From: a virus
Direction: 5' to 3' (one strand)
IMG/VR virus record: IMGVR_UViG_3300046170_000494
Location: 1-64,000 of that record
Length of the DNA: 64,000 bases
Position numbers and translations under genes: made by a program
Shown here: positions 1-9,057 of the stretch, in pieces
How positions within the stretch are numbered: the stretch's first letter is position 1
How the letters are laid out: each line of letters begins with the position of its first letter
The notes under the pieces: model-generated
Told to the model about the DNA's origin: nothing
What the model saw: the letters and a program-made list of their open reading frames with translations, nothing else
The model's database searches: none

Positions 1-332
1 ATTATTTTTTTGCTATACTATTCATATGGAAATAATAATAGCATCACTTATTAGTTGTTTTTTAAATAAAACAGTAATTTACTTTAAACCCATTCAACCC
101 GCAGATGAAATAGTTGAAGTTCAAATAGTAAATTCAGAAACAAACTAAAGTAATAAATAACAACGCGAAATCTACGACAATATCTCTCTCTAAAAAAAAC
201 AAAAATAAAGAAATTATTATATATAGACTTTTTTCAAGCTCGGCATCCATTATTCGCTAGGATAAAATATAACAAACATAGCAGAAATAAAAGAAAACCA
301 AAGCAAAATCTGCCAAGCCTCCATTATAAAGT

Positions 333-566
333 TCATTTATTTAATTTTTCGAAAATTTTTATAATATCAGATCTTCTATCCTCAAGAAGCTTTGAAGACT
401 GATTCCAACGCTCAGAATCCCGTGCTTCATTTTTAGCGAGAGATATTTCTAGATTTCTAACTTTTTCCGATAATTTTTCGACTCGTGCATTTTCTTTTTT
501 TAGAAAAAAGGCTACAACAGATACCATTGTGCCTAAAGCAATCAATATTATTTTTTCAACTTCCAT
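333..566 (-). CDS. small membrane-anchored coiled-coil protein (holin/XhlA-like architecture)
   Basis: N-terminal hydrophobic helix IILIALGTMVSVVAFFL followed by a charged coiled coil. Start set at ATG 566 because a GTGTA motif lies 9 nt upstream. Confidence 0.6.
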   Translation of the reverse strand: MEVEKIILIALGTMVSVVAFFLKKENARVEKLSEKVRNLEISLAKNEARDSERWNQSSKLLEDRRSDIIKIFEKLNK

Positions 567-575
567 ATTTATATA

Positions 576-580
576 TACAC
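576..580 (-). promoter_or_regulatory. putative phage late promoter GTGTA-N9-ATG
   Basis: GTGTA is exactly 9 nt before ATG 566. Confidence 0.55.
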
Positions 581-591
581 CCAAAAACACC

Positions 592-620
592 TTGACATTC
601 AGTGCCTAAACTGATATACT
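592..620 (+). promoter_or_regulatory. sigma70-type promoter
   Basis: TTGACA-17-TATACT with extended TG; ATG 628 follows 7 nt later. Confidence 0.8.
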
Positions 621-627
621 ATTCAAT

Positions 628-1677
628 ATGACAACGATACTAGGACTTACTTGTATAAGCGAAGAGCTAAAAGATAAAGACAAAAAGAAATATTCATTTC
701 GCACAATGACCCGCAAGCGTTTCAATGATTTGTGTACCTCAGAAGGTAGAGATGAAGCTATTTTTCAATTATCTGAGAGAATTTTGCACAATGTTAGTGT
801 TACTCAATATATTGTCAATCATTGTCATACCTCAAATATTAGGCATTATCGTCTTAGCAGTAATTTATGTCCCTTGGTTACTGATGAAACATTGGAAATT
901 GATTTCGAAACGCTTCCCGACATCAAAGCAATCAAGCAAGAATTTCGACATATAGGTATTCTCGCAAAAACATTGGGTATCAGCATGGGTTCGCACCCCG
1001 ATCAATTTTGCGTATTAGCTTCACTCAATCAAGATGCAGTTCGCAGAACAATAATCGAACTAAATTTTCAAGCGAAAATCTTTGACATGATTGGATTACC
1101 GCGAGATCATACTGCTCCCATGAATATTCATGTGAATGCAAGCCCAACACCTATTGTAGGAGTTGAGATGATGATCGCATCCGAGCAGATACATAAACTT
1201 AAAATCAAACAGCTCGCAGAACGCTTCTACGAGAATTTGCAAAAATGCGATGAAGGGGTACGAAATCGTCTTACTATCGAGAACGAGGACAAAGGATTTT
1301 TTAATGTAGATACTTGTTTGCAGTTCAGCGAATATTTACTTGAGAAATATCAATACAATTTGCCTGTAGTTCACGACAATCTTCACGATAATTGCAATCC
1401 GTCAGAGGAGAAAAATATTACCAGAAATGCGGAGCGATGTGCTTACACATGGGTAAACCAAGGAGAAGGAGATAACAATTTTATTTCACCTGTATTTCAT
1501 TGGTCTTTCGGTAAACCCGAAAAACCAAGGGCTCATGCAGATTATGCACCGCCACATAATTCTTATCCGCCTGTAGTAGCTATCGATCCAAACTATCCCG
1601 CAAAGTTTGAAATCGAGCTAAAATTGAAAGATAAAGCAATTCGTTTGCTTAAACAACAAGTCGAAGTATCTATTTAA
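628..1677 (+). CDS. uvsE: UV DNA damage endonuclease (UvsE/UVDE family)
   Basis: Family motifs LGLTCIS, YRLSSNL, SHPDQFCVLAS, MNIHV, RLTIENED, HDNLH, HWS, RAHADY, EIELKLKDKAI. Confidence 0.92.
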   Translation: MTTILGLTCISEELKDKDKKKYSFRTMTRKRFNDLCTSEGRDEAIFQLSERILHNVSVTQYIVNHCHTSNIRHYRLSSNLCPLVTDETLEIDFETLPDIKAIKQEFRHIGILAKTLGISMGSHPDQFCVLASLNQDAVRRTIIELNFQAKIFDMIGLPRDHTAPMNIHVNASPTPIVGVEMMIASEQIHKLKIKQLAERFYENLQKCDEGVRNRLTIENEDKGFFNVDTCLQFSEYLLEKYQYNLPVVHDNLHDNCNPSEEKNITRNAERCAYTWVNQGEGDNNFISPVFHWSFGKPEKPRAHADYAPPHNSYPPVVAIDPNYPAKFEIELKLKDKAIRLLKQQVEVSI

Positions 1678-2275
1678 TTTTATTGCTTTTCAACAAGTTT
1701 TCCTTTGCCCAGAGAGGCTGCAAATTTGTGTAGTGATTGGCTTGCCAAGGATCGTCAGAATTATTAATATACCAATCAAGAGGCGTGATGTGATCGATAT
1801 GCCATCCATCAAAACCATGATTATCCCAAGTCATACCTTCTTGCCATTGCGATTCTATATGTTCTTTAAATTGCTCAAGAGAGCAACCAAGGAAATCTAA
1901 TGATTTGATATTTTTTTCTTGCTTCGTTGCGTCAGCCACTCTTAAGGTATATCTTCTAATGATGCATTTTAATTTATACAAATGATTATTTTTATAATTT
2001 TGCTTATGCCAAGAATTTACTCTTTTAATTATCTTATCTTTATTTTTTAAATAATGCCTTTTTTTGTTTTCTTGTAATGCTTGCTGATTTTTCTTAGCGT
2101 ATTCTTTTTGATATTCAGCAATTTTAACTTTATTTTTTTGTGCGTATCGTTTTTGTTGCTTGCCAGTGCAAGATTTGCAAATAGGTCTTAATCTATCTTT
2201 TTTTGTTCGATCTTTATTGAAATCGATCAAAGATTTTTCTTCTTGACATTTCGTGCATTTTTTGATATTATCCAC
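1670..2275 (-). CDS. HNH homing endonuclease with N-terminal Zn finger
   Basis: CTKC...CKSC at the N-terminus; WHIDHITPL...NHYTNLQPLWAKENLLKSN nuclease motif. Confidence 0.88.
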   Translation of the reverse strand: MDNIKKCTKCQEEKSLIDFNKDRTKKDRLRPICKSCTGKQQKRYAQKNKVKIAEYQKEYAKKNQQALQENKKRHYLKNKDKIIKRVNSWHKQNYKNNHLYKLKCIIRRYTLRVADATKQEKNIKSLDFLGCSLEQFKEHIESQWQEGMTWDNHGFDGWHIDHITPLDWYINNSDDPWQANHYTNLQPLWAKENLLKSNKIK

Positions 2276-2295
2276 TGTAATATATTACACTTTTT

Positions 2296-2907
2296 ATGGC
2301 TATTTGTTATTTAATTAAGCAACTTAATTCAAGAAAAAAAACTTATTATAAAATAGGAGTATCGAGCAGTAAAAATCAAACAGAAAGATTGAGGCATTTA
2401 CAAACAGGAAATCCGCATAAATTAGTTATAATTAAGACCCACAAATTACAAACCAAACATCTTGCGGAAAAACTAGAGCAATATATTTTGAGAGGATTGG
2501 ACTCCTCAAATATAAAACGCTGTCAAGGAGAATGGGTTTTTGGGGATTCAAAAAAAATAGAATTAACTTTTAATAATTGTTTTAAAAAATTCTCCCTCTT
2601 AAAAGAAGAAGATATTAAAAACACGAAAAGATGGAGTTTTGGAAGGGGAGGATTAAACCCCTCTATTGCTGCACAAAAATCCATAAAAGTAAGACAAAGC
2701 AAGGCAAAATCTTGGCGAAAAGATATTAACCTTATGGAGAATATCAAAATAGCCATACAACAACTGAAAAAACCTACGCTCCGAAAAATTGCTGAAATTT
2801 TAAATAATAAAGGTCTTGTGACGATCCGAGGCAAGCAATGGAACAAAGCTCAACTTTCAGTTCAATTGAAAGTAATGGGATTTCAGAAGTGGCAAGATTT
2901 AGTCTAA
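2296..2907 (+). CDS. GIY-YIG (T5orf172-like) nuclease fused to a recombinase-type DNA-binding domain
   Basis: CYLI...YKIGVS...RLRHLQTGNP...GEW at the N-terminus; TLRKIAEILNNKGLVTIRGKQW at the C-terminus. Confidence 0.75.
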   Translation: MAICYLIKQLNSRKKTYYKIGVSSSKNQTERLRHLQTGNPHKLVIIKTHKLQTKHLAEKLEQYILRGLDSSNIKRCQGEWVFGDSKKIELTFNNCFKKFSLLKEEDIKNTKRWSFGRGGLNPSIAAQKSIKVRQSKAKSWRKDINLMENIKIAIQQLKKPTLRKIAEILNNKGLVTIRGKQWNKAQLSVQLKVMGFQKWQDLV

Positions 2908-3734
2908 CTCAAATCATGCAATGCAATATCAAAATCAGCATTAACTGCACCATTGTTTCCGTCTGAATCTACAATATTAAATATTATATCTGTTTTTGGT
3001 TGTAGCTTAGTTGGAAAGTCAAGGCTTCTTTGCGTATCGTGATCTGTTCCAAAAGATACAATTTCGCGTACTCGAAACACTTTACCAAATTCGCGTGTCC
3101 TTATTTGAGCAGTAAAATTTATACTACTTGAACTTGGTTTTTGAGCGGATAAACTATATTTGGTTAAATAACCAATTTTATCAGCAGGAATTGTATATAC
3201 GCACATGAGCGTTTGATTATTGCCATCAAGAATTTTAACATAATCAATTGAACCCCCAACTTCATTGATTGTTATGTTTCCCGCGAAATCGACATTTCCA
3301 TCGTTATACGCTCGAAATATGCGTGTCCAAGTCCCTATATTAACAGGAGTTGAACCTGTGAGTGTGCTCGTCCAAGTTTTTTCCAAGAAATTTTCATCTA
3401 AACCTTGAATAACCACATCTTGAGTATCTGACCCATTGGATGACACAATTTCCATAATCTCTCCACTATCACTTGGAAAAATATATTCATTTGATCCATC
3501 CCAAATTGTTTCGGGGCTACTGACTGATAACCCACTATTTTTGATACTTGGATTGCTACCAAATTTATGAACAAAATCGCTTGCTTGAGCAGTTATTCCT
3601 CCTGCATAGGAACCGCCACTTGTCATTGGAACCCATCTTGATATAGTTTGATCCCAAACATAATTAAATGGTATAGTAAAATTCCTGTGAGGGACTACAT
3701 CCCCTAAGTCATCAAATTTTGGTTGGTCTACCAT
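2904..3734 (-). CDS. conserved phage protein, probably virion-associated
   Basis: VHKFGSNP...ETIWDG...YIFP...DVVIQGLDENF...RIFRAYN pattern typical of aquatic phage structural proteins. A GTGTA motif lies 9 nt upstream of ATG 3734; the ORF track starts at 3740. Confidence 0.55.
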   Translation of the reverse strand: MVDQPKFDDLGDVVPHRNFTIPFNYVWDQTISRWVPMTSGGSYAGGITAQASDFVHKFGSNPSIKNSGLSVSSPETIWDGSNEYIFPSDSGEIMEIVSSNGSDTQDVVIQGLDENFLEKTWTSTLTGSTPVNIGTWTRIFRAYNDGNVDFAGNITINEVGGSIDYVKILDGNNQTLMCVYTIPADKIGYLTKYSLSAQKPSSSSINFTAQIRTREFGKVFRVREIVSFGTDHDTQRSLDFPTKLQPKTDIIFNIVDSDGNNGAVNADFDIALHDLS

Positions 3735-3743
3735 AAACATATT

Positions 3744-3748
3744 TACAC
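3744..3748 (-). promoter_or_regulatory. putative phage late promoter GTGTA-N9-ATG
   Basis: GTGTAAATA is 9 nt before ATG 3734. Confidence 0.55.
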
Positions 3749-3864
3749 TTAATTATTGACAGAGCTATTTTTATTTGCTATACTATGTCAATGATTAATT
3801 ATATAATAAATTTTTTAATAATATTAGCTATTGTAGCATTTACTTGTTTATTAATGATAGAATT

Positions 3865-4440
3865 ATGATTGCAGAAGAAGAATTAATTGAATTAGTCAAC
3901 AAAGGCTATACTCAAAGAAAAATTGGAGAAATTCTATCTTGCTCCCAAACTAACATTAGACATTGGCTTAAAAAATATAACTTAACAACATTTCAAAAAC
4001 AAAACAATCTTGAAGAAAAAGGCTTGAAATATTGTCCTTGTTGCGGAGAAATAAAAGCATTAACAGAATTCAATAAAAGGACTCGCAATGGAGTTACCAA
4101 AGAGCATGGAGCAGTTTATTGCAAAGACTGCTCTAGTGCAGAAGCTTCTATGAGAAAATATAATTTTACGCAAAAATGCGTTGATTATAAAGGAAGGGCT
4201 TGCGAAATATGCGGTTACAATAAATCTATTGGAGCCTTAGAGTTTCACCATGTAGATCGAACAACCAAGGAATTTGAGATCGGTAAATTGACTTCGAAAA
4301 CTTTTTCAGATAAAGTTAAAAAAGAGCTTGATAAATGCATGCTTTTGTGTAAAAATTGCCACGGGGAGATTCACCATAATGAATATGACAGATTAATTTT
4401 TTCTCAAGGCGTATGGAAAATTAAAAATGACAAAAGGTAA
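3865..4440 (+). CDS. HNH homing endonuclease with N-terminal HTH
   Basis: HTH YTQRKIGEILSCSQTNIRHWL; CPCC...CKDC; YKGRACEICGY...LEFHH...ELDKCMLLCKNCHGEIH. Confidence 0.88.
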   Translation: MIAEEELIELVNKGYTQRKIGEILSCSQTNIRHWLKKYNLTTFQKQNNLEEKGLKYCPCCGEIKALTEFNKRTRNGVTKEHGAVYCKDCSSAEASMRKYNFTQKCVDYKGRACEICGYNKSIGALEFHHVDRTTKEFEIGKLTSKTFSDKVKKELDKCMLLCKNCHGEIHHNEYDRLIFSQGVWKIKNDKR

Positions 4441-4558
4441 CAATTCAAATAATCAAAACGGCAAAGGAGATTCGCCGCGAAACAATACCACACGAAAATT
4501 TCGAGACAATTACAACAAAATAAATTGGAAAAAAAAGATTGACAAATCAAAGAAATAA
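4427..4558 (+). CDS. small basic conserved phage protein (43 aa)
   Basis: Hand-translated: MTKGNNSNNQNGKGDSPRNNTTRKFRDNYNKINW...; below the ORF track cutoff. Confidence 0.6.
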   Translation: MTKGNNSNNQNGKGDSPRNNTTRKFRDNYNKINWKKKIDKSKK

Positions 4559-4567
4559 TGGTAAAAT
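4539..4567 (+). promoter_or_regulatory. sigma70-type promoter
   Basis: TTGACA-17-TAAAAT with extended TG. Confidence 0.75.
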
Positions 4568-4573
4568 GTTTAC

Positions 4574-4759
4574 ATGAAATATGTAGGTTCACCTCTTAAT
4601 GTTTGGACACGAAAGCAAGTTCGTGAGGGCTTGAATTCCGCCCGATCCTTGTCGAAACAACTTCAACTACCTTGTCTGATCAACCAAAAAAGACTAGAAA
4701 GTAGTTCGACTACTGCTATATCGGAGTTAGTCATGGATACTCTCCATGCAAATATTTAA
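4574..4759 (+). other. uncertain: 61-aa ORF or structured ncRNA
   Basis: GC-richer segment right after a strong promoter, containing several hairpins; the ORF has no recognisable motif. Confidence 0.3.
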
Positions 4760-4767
4760 AATAAACT

Positions 4768-5028
4768 ATGAAAATAAAATTAGGATTACGAGGAAGTTCA
4801 GATGCAGTAAATCATATTTTAATTAAATTAGATGACCTCACTTTAATGACCACTGAAAACTTATTTCTTGCAGGAGAAGAAAGCAGAAATAAAACAGGAA
4901 AAAATATTGTACAATTATTAGATTGCTTGTCCAAAGACCACGAAATATCAATCAAAGAAAACATAGCAAATGAAGCCGAGCGAGAGCTAGGGTTAAAAAA
5001 CGGAGAATTTCAAAAATGGGCGAAATAA
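4768..5028 (+). CDS. hypothetical protein
   Basis: Open frame with operon-like spacing. Confidence 0.6.
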   Translation: MKIKLGLRGSSDAVNHILIKLDDLTLMTTENLFLAGEESRNKTGKNIVQLLDCLSKDHEISIKENIANEAERELGLKNGEFQKWAK

Positions 5029-5035
5029 AAGAATT

Positions 5036-5398
5036 ATGGAAATATTAAAAATACTGCAACTTTTAATTGGCGTGTCTATCTTATATGTTTGGTTAATCAG
5101 ATCCCATCGACCTTCTAAATTTAGAGTTGGCAATGCTCTGAACTTAAGAGAAGAGGTTGCCGAAGCTGGCTTGCCGAACTACATTTATGATTTTTCGAGA
5201 ATTGTAAAGCCTATTTTTGCTTTTTTCTTAATTTTGGGTATACTATGGAATCCAATTACATTGCCCTGCATGGCATTTACTACTATATTTATGATCGGGG
5301 CAGTATTTATGCACTTTCAAGCAAAAGATAGTTTATTTAAAATGATTCCTGCCTTGACATTGTTATGTTTTTGCTCTATAATTCTTTTTAATAGTTAA
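5036..5398 (+). CDS. DoxX-like membrane protein
   Basis: Four hydrophobic segments; VWLIR...LREEVAEAGLP...MIGAVFMHFQAKD...IPAL pattern. Confidence 0.75.
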   Translation: MEILKILQLLIGVSILYVWLIRSHRPSKFRVGNALNLREEVAEAGLPNYIYDFSRIVKPIFAFFLILGILWNPITLPCMAFTTIFMIGAVFMHFQAKDSLFKMIPALTLLCFCSIILFNS

Positions 5399-5516
5399 AC
5401 AATATGGATCAAATAACAGAACTATGGAACTTGCCTTGGGGCGATGGTTTATTATTAACTTTTATGTTAATGGCACTTTACACTTACAAGGTTTGGATAG
5501 ACAACAAATTTAAAAA

Positions 5517-5834
5517 ATGAAAAAGATTAGCTTATTACTGATTTTAGTATTGACAGGATGCAATCATTCTGCTATACTCAAACCTGAAGATACAAAAGTA
5601 TCTCGCTCCGCAGATATGCAAGAAGAAATAGATTATATTCTTGCGTTAGACGAAGCATACAAAACAGAAGAAAAAATGTATTTAGAAGAAATAAGAAAAG
5701 CTCAAATAAATGACGATGAAATTGCATTTCAGTTTTTTATTAGAGAATATGCTAAAGTAAAAAGATTAGATCTACCTGATTGGATAAAGAAAGAACCTAA
5801 TTATGTACAAGGGGGAGTAAATATAAAATATTAA
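5517..5834 (+). CDS. putative lipoprotein
   Basis: Signal peptide with lipobox LTGC. Confidence 0.65.
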   Translation: MKKISLLLILVLTGCNHSAILKPEDTKVSRSADMQEEIDYILALDEAYKTEEKMYLEEIRKAQINDDEIAFQFFIREYAKVKRLDLPDWIKKEPNYVQGGVNIKY

Positions 5835-6008
5835 AATGATCGAAGATAATACAAAAATAAATAATTATATATTAATAAACACAGAGCTAAAACCTTCTTA
5901 TGCTAGAATTGGTTCTGCAAAACTTTCTGAATATGAAGTCAGCGTAAAAAACAGAGCATTTAGAATGAATCAAGTGAACAAAAAATATATTTTAGAAAAG
6001 GATTGGAA

Positions 6009-6543
6009 GTGAAAATATCAATCACAACAGACAATAAAGTATTTAGCGTTGAAGATGAATATGGATTCGACTGCTCAACGATTCATGATGCGATAGAAAT
6101 GTTCAAAGGTTTGCTTGTGTGTGCAGGATTTCATCCTACTAATGTAGACGATGCGTTCAATACAGAATATACATGGTTTACCGAAGATGAAAGAAACGAT
6201 AATATGCAAGGTCATTTAAATGGTTCAAATAAATTAGTAAACGATTGGTATAAAGAATGCGAAGAAGAAACTGATGAACTTATTAAGCAAAGAGTAGAGA
6301 AATTTCAAGATGATTTATACAAGCAATCACTAAAAGATTAATATGATTCAAATAGAAGATGCAAATAACGAAAGTTACCACATTAACCCAAAAAATGTGG
6401 TTTATGTCAAAGAAAGAGTTGATCCTATGAAAAAAGAAAAATGGTGGAAGATTACATTTGTAAATGGCGAGCAATTACATACTCGAAATGAAGCAGGAGT
6501 TTCATCAATTATTAATTCAATCAAAGTTAAAGTAAGAGCATGA
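6009..6543 (+). CDS. two hypothetical proteins (6009-6341, 6343-6543)
   Basis: Tightly packed ORFs on the coding strand. Confidence 0.55.
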
Positions 6544-6824
6544 TAGAAATAGAACTAAAAGAAACAGATAATGGAGAATTATTTTTTCGCATACCCGAAG
6601 AAACCTTAAATAGGCTAGGGTGGAAAGAAGGAGATGATTTAAAATTCGAAGAGAGAAAAGGTGCAGTTTTAATTCGCAAAGTAAAATATGAAAGCGTTGA
6701 GCTAGAGTTTGATGATGAAGAACTTTTAAAATATATGAAATTCGCACACGAATCAGGAATTACATTCAATCAACTCTGCGAAGACGCAATCAAAGCAAAA
6801 TTAGATGAAATTGATTCTGAGTAA
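6540..6824 (+). CDS. AbrB/MazE-type DNA-binding protein with C-terminal RHH-like segment
   Basis: GELFFRIPEETLNRLGWKEGDDLKFE is the swapped-hairpin signature. Confidence 0.7.
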   Translation: MIEIELKETDNGELFFRIPEETLNRLGWKEGDDLKFEERKGAVLIRKVKYESVELEFDDEELLKYMKFAHESGITFNQLCEDAIKAKLDEIDSE

Positions 6825-6976
6825 AATATTATTTTATATTGGAGATTTAGTTAGTAGGTTTTTGTATTTTGATTGTTTCGCTTTTCTATACCCCCTATAT
6901 AGCAAAATAATGATTTTAAGTTCAGACCTTGATAAAGAAGGAAAAATATGGAAGGTAGTTAGTAAAAGAAAATTAC

Positions 6977-7333
6977 ATGAATAAATTTGTAGAAAAAAGA
7001 TGGGGTCACGAAAGATGGTTCGCAAATAATAAAGAAGAAAATTATTGCGGAAAAGAATTATTAATTAATGAAGGTTGCCACACTTCCATGCACTTTCATT
7101 TAAATAAACATGAAGTATTTTACATTCTTGAAGGCACTTTGAGATTAGATTTAATTGATACTAAACTTGGTGAAGTAAACACTATCTTTTTAAATAAAGA
7201 AGAAAATTATGAAGTTAAGCAAGGTCAGCCACATCAGCTTATAGCACATCAGGGCTTAGTTAAAATAATTGAAGCTAGTACATTCCACGAAGACTCTGAT
7301 TCATACAGAATACATGATTGTTTAGATGAGTAG
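6977..7333 (+). CDS. cupin (mannose-6-phosphate isomerase/D-lyxose isomerase-like)
   Basis: VEKRWGHERW...YCGK...SMHFH..KHEVFYILEG...PHQL. Confidence 0.82.
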   Translation: MNKFVEKRWGHERWFANNKEENYCGKELLINEGCHTSMHFHLNKHEVFYILEGTLRLDLIDTKLGEVNTIFLNKEENYEVKQGQPHQLIAHQGLVKIIEASTFHEDSDSYRIHDCLDE

Positions 7334-8084
7334 TTATTTTCCTCAAGACAAAGAGCCTGAAATTCCCCCTGATACTTGTCCGTATATTAATTTCATACAA
7401 GATGTTTTAGATCAAATAAAAGACAAGCATAAAACAAAAATAATAGAACAACAAATACAACTAATAAATGACACACTTGAATACATTAGAGACTCAAATC
7501 TATCTTTAAGAGAGTGCGGAAGATATTGGAAAAAACAATTTCAAAATAAAGGAAAGCGAAATAAATGAGAGGCAAATGGAATCATTCAACAAAGCCATCA
7601 CAATATGAAGTTTATGATGAAAAAAATAAATTAATATTTAGTGGAACTTTCAATGAAGCTATGAATTATATGGAGATAGAAAATGAAGTTATAGATCAAG
7701 CATCCTACGACAAGGGTTACGATAAAGGCTTTCAAGAAGGAGCGAATCAAAAAAACAATAAACCCTGCGTTTGTGGATTTTGGAATAAAAAATAAAATGA
7801 AACCATTACATAATACTAAAAATTGCAATTACAGAAGGTTCTTGCACAAAAAATTAAAACACGGCAAAATAAGCGGTAAGTTTTATAAGTTTCTTTATAG
7901 AAATTATCCTTATCGTTTGACTGCTAGAAATGTAGAATTTATTGTCAGAGAAGTTCTTGATGGCAAAGTTGCAGAAGATAAAGCGATTGCTTGGTTGCAA
8001 AAAGATGACAATGAAATTAGAAGACAAAGAGAAATGGCAAAATCAAATTGGGAGTGCAGAAAGAAAACTCAATTTAATTCTTGA
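7326..8084 (+). CDS. three hypothetical proteins (7326-7568, 7565-7795, 7797-8084)
   Basis: Overlapping stop/start junctions. Confidence 0.55.
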
Positions 8085-8115
8085 CATACAACAGTTAATA
8101 TGCTATCATTGATCT

Positions 8116-8388
8116 ATGCCTTATATAGCAAAATCAGAAAAAGATAAAATAGACAAAGGTTTATTAGCCGTACATCTATCAGAACTTACCAACGCAGGAG
8201 CATTAAATTATGCTATCCACCAAGTAGTTGCACAATATATTTTGCAAAATAAAGAAAGCTACCAAACATACAATGATATTGTAGGAGTTTTAGATTGTGC
8301 AAAAATGGAATTGTATCGAAGATTGATTTCAGACTACGAAGACAAAAAAATAGCCCAAAATAAAGATGTATCGCCATACGATAAATGA
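8116..8388 (+). CDS. conserved phage protein (DUF6899-like)
   Basis: MPYI...GALNYAI...YNDIVGVLDCAKMELYRR...YEDKKI...DV; own promoter TTGACA(8081)-17-TATCAT. Confidence 0.7.
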   Translation: MPYIAKSEKDKIDKGLLAVHLSELTNAGALNYAIHQVVAQYILQNKESYQTYNDIVGVLDCAKMELYRRLISDYEDKKIAQNKDVSPYDK

Positions 8389-8963
8389 TAAGTCATAAAT
8401 ATAAATACATTTTTATTCATATCCCCAAAACTGCAGGCACAAGCATTAAAAAACATCTTAATTCATTAAGATCAAAAACAGACTATAAATCCCCCGAAGA
8501 TCCTCTAGAAAATTTTGGTCACCATAAACTATCTTACTATGAATCTAAATATAAAAACACAGAAGACTTTTATAAATTTTGTTTCATAAGAAACCCTTAT
8601 GACAGAATAGTGTCTCTGTATAAATATGCAAAGAAATGGATTCAATTTGATTATAGTTTTTTAGATTTTTGTAATTTTGTAAACCAAGGGCAAATATTTA
8701 CCAATAATATCTTATGGGAAGAACATTATGAAGCTCAATCTAATTATATTTCCGATCAAATGAATTTTATTGGAAGAATTGAAAACTTCAATCACGATTT
8801 TGCAAAAATCTGTAACGATCTTTCTATACCTTACAAACAACCAACCCAAATGAATAAATCAAATAATGACATTACATTGATATGTAATGATTCCGCTAAA
8901 ATAATTGAAGAAATATATAACAATGATTTTCATTTTTATGAAACAAAAATTAAATACAATTAA
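8385..8963 (+). CDS. sulfotransferase family 2 protein
   Basis: PAPS-binding motifs FIHIPKTAGTSI and FIRNPYDRIVS; FIGRIENF. Confidence 0.88.
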   Translation: MISHKYKYIFIHIPKTAGTSIKKHLNSLRSKTDYKSPEDPLENFGHHKLSYYESKYKNTEDFYKFCFIRNPYDRIVSLYKYAKKWIQFDYSFLDFCNFVNQGQIFTNNILWEEHYEAQSNYISDQMNFIGRIENFNHDFAKICNDLSIPYKQPTQMNKSNNDITLICNDSAKIIEEIYNNDFHFYETKIKYN

Positions 8964-9057
8964 AGAGTTATTAGGTTTCATCGGAGTATGTTGTCTCTTG
9001 ACAATCTTCCAAATATGGTATATAATTACAGGCAGAGAATAAATTTAAATACAAAAA

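Noticed and set aside
4670-4725. Hammerhead ribozyme near CTGATCA...GAAA
   Set aside because: The core differs from CUGANGA at a conserved G, and stem II cannot form.
6540-6824. AbrB/MazE protein as half of a toxin-antitoxin pair
   Set aside because: Neither neighbour resembles a toxin; stand-alone AbrB-like regulators are common in phages.
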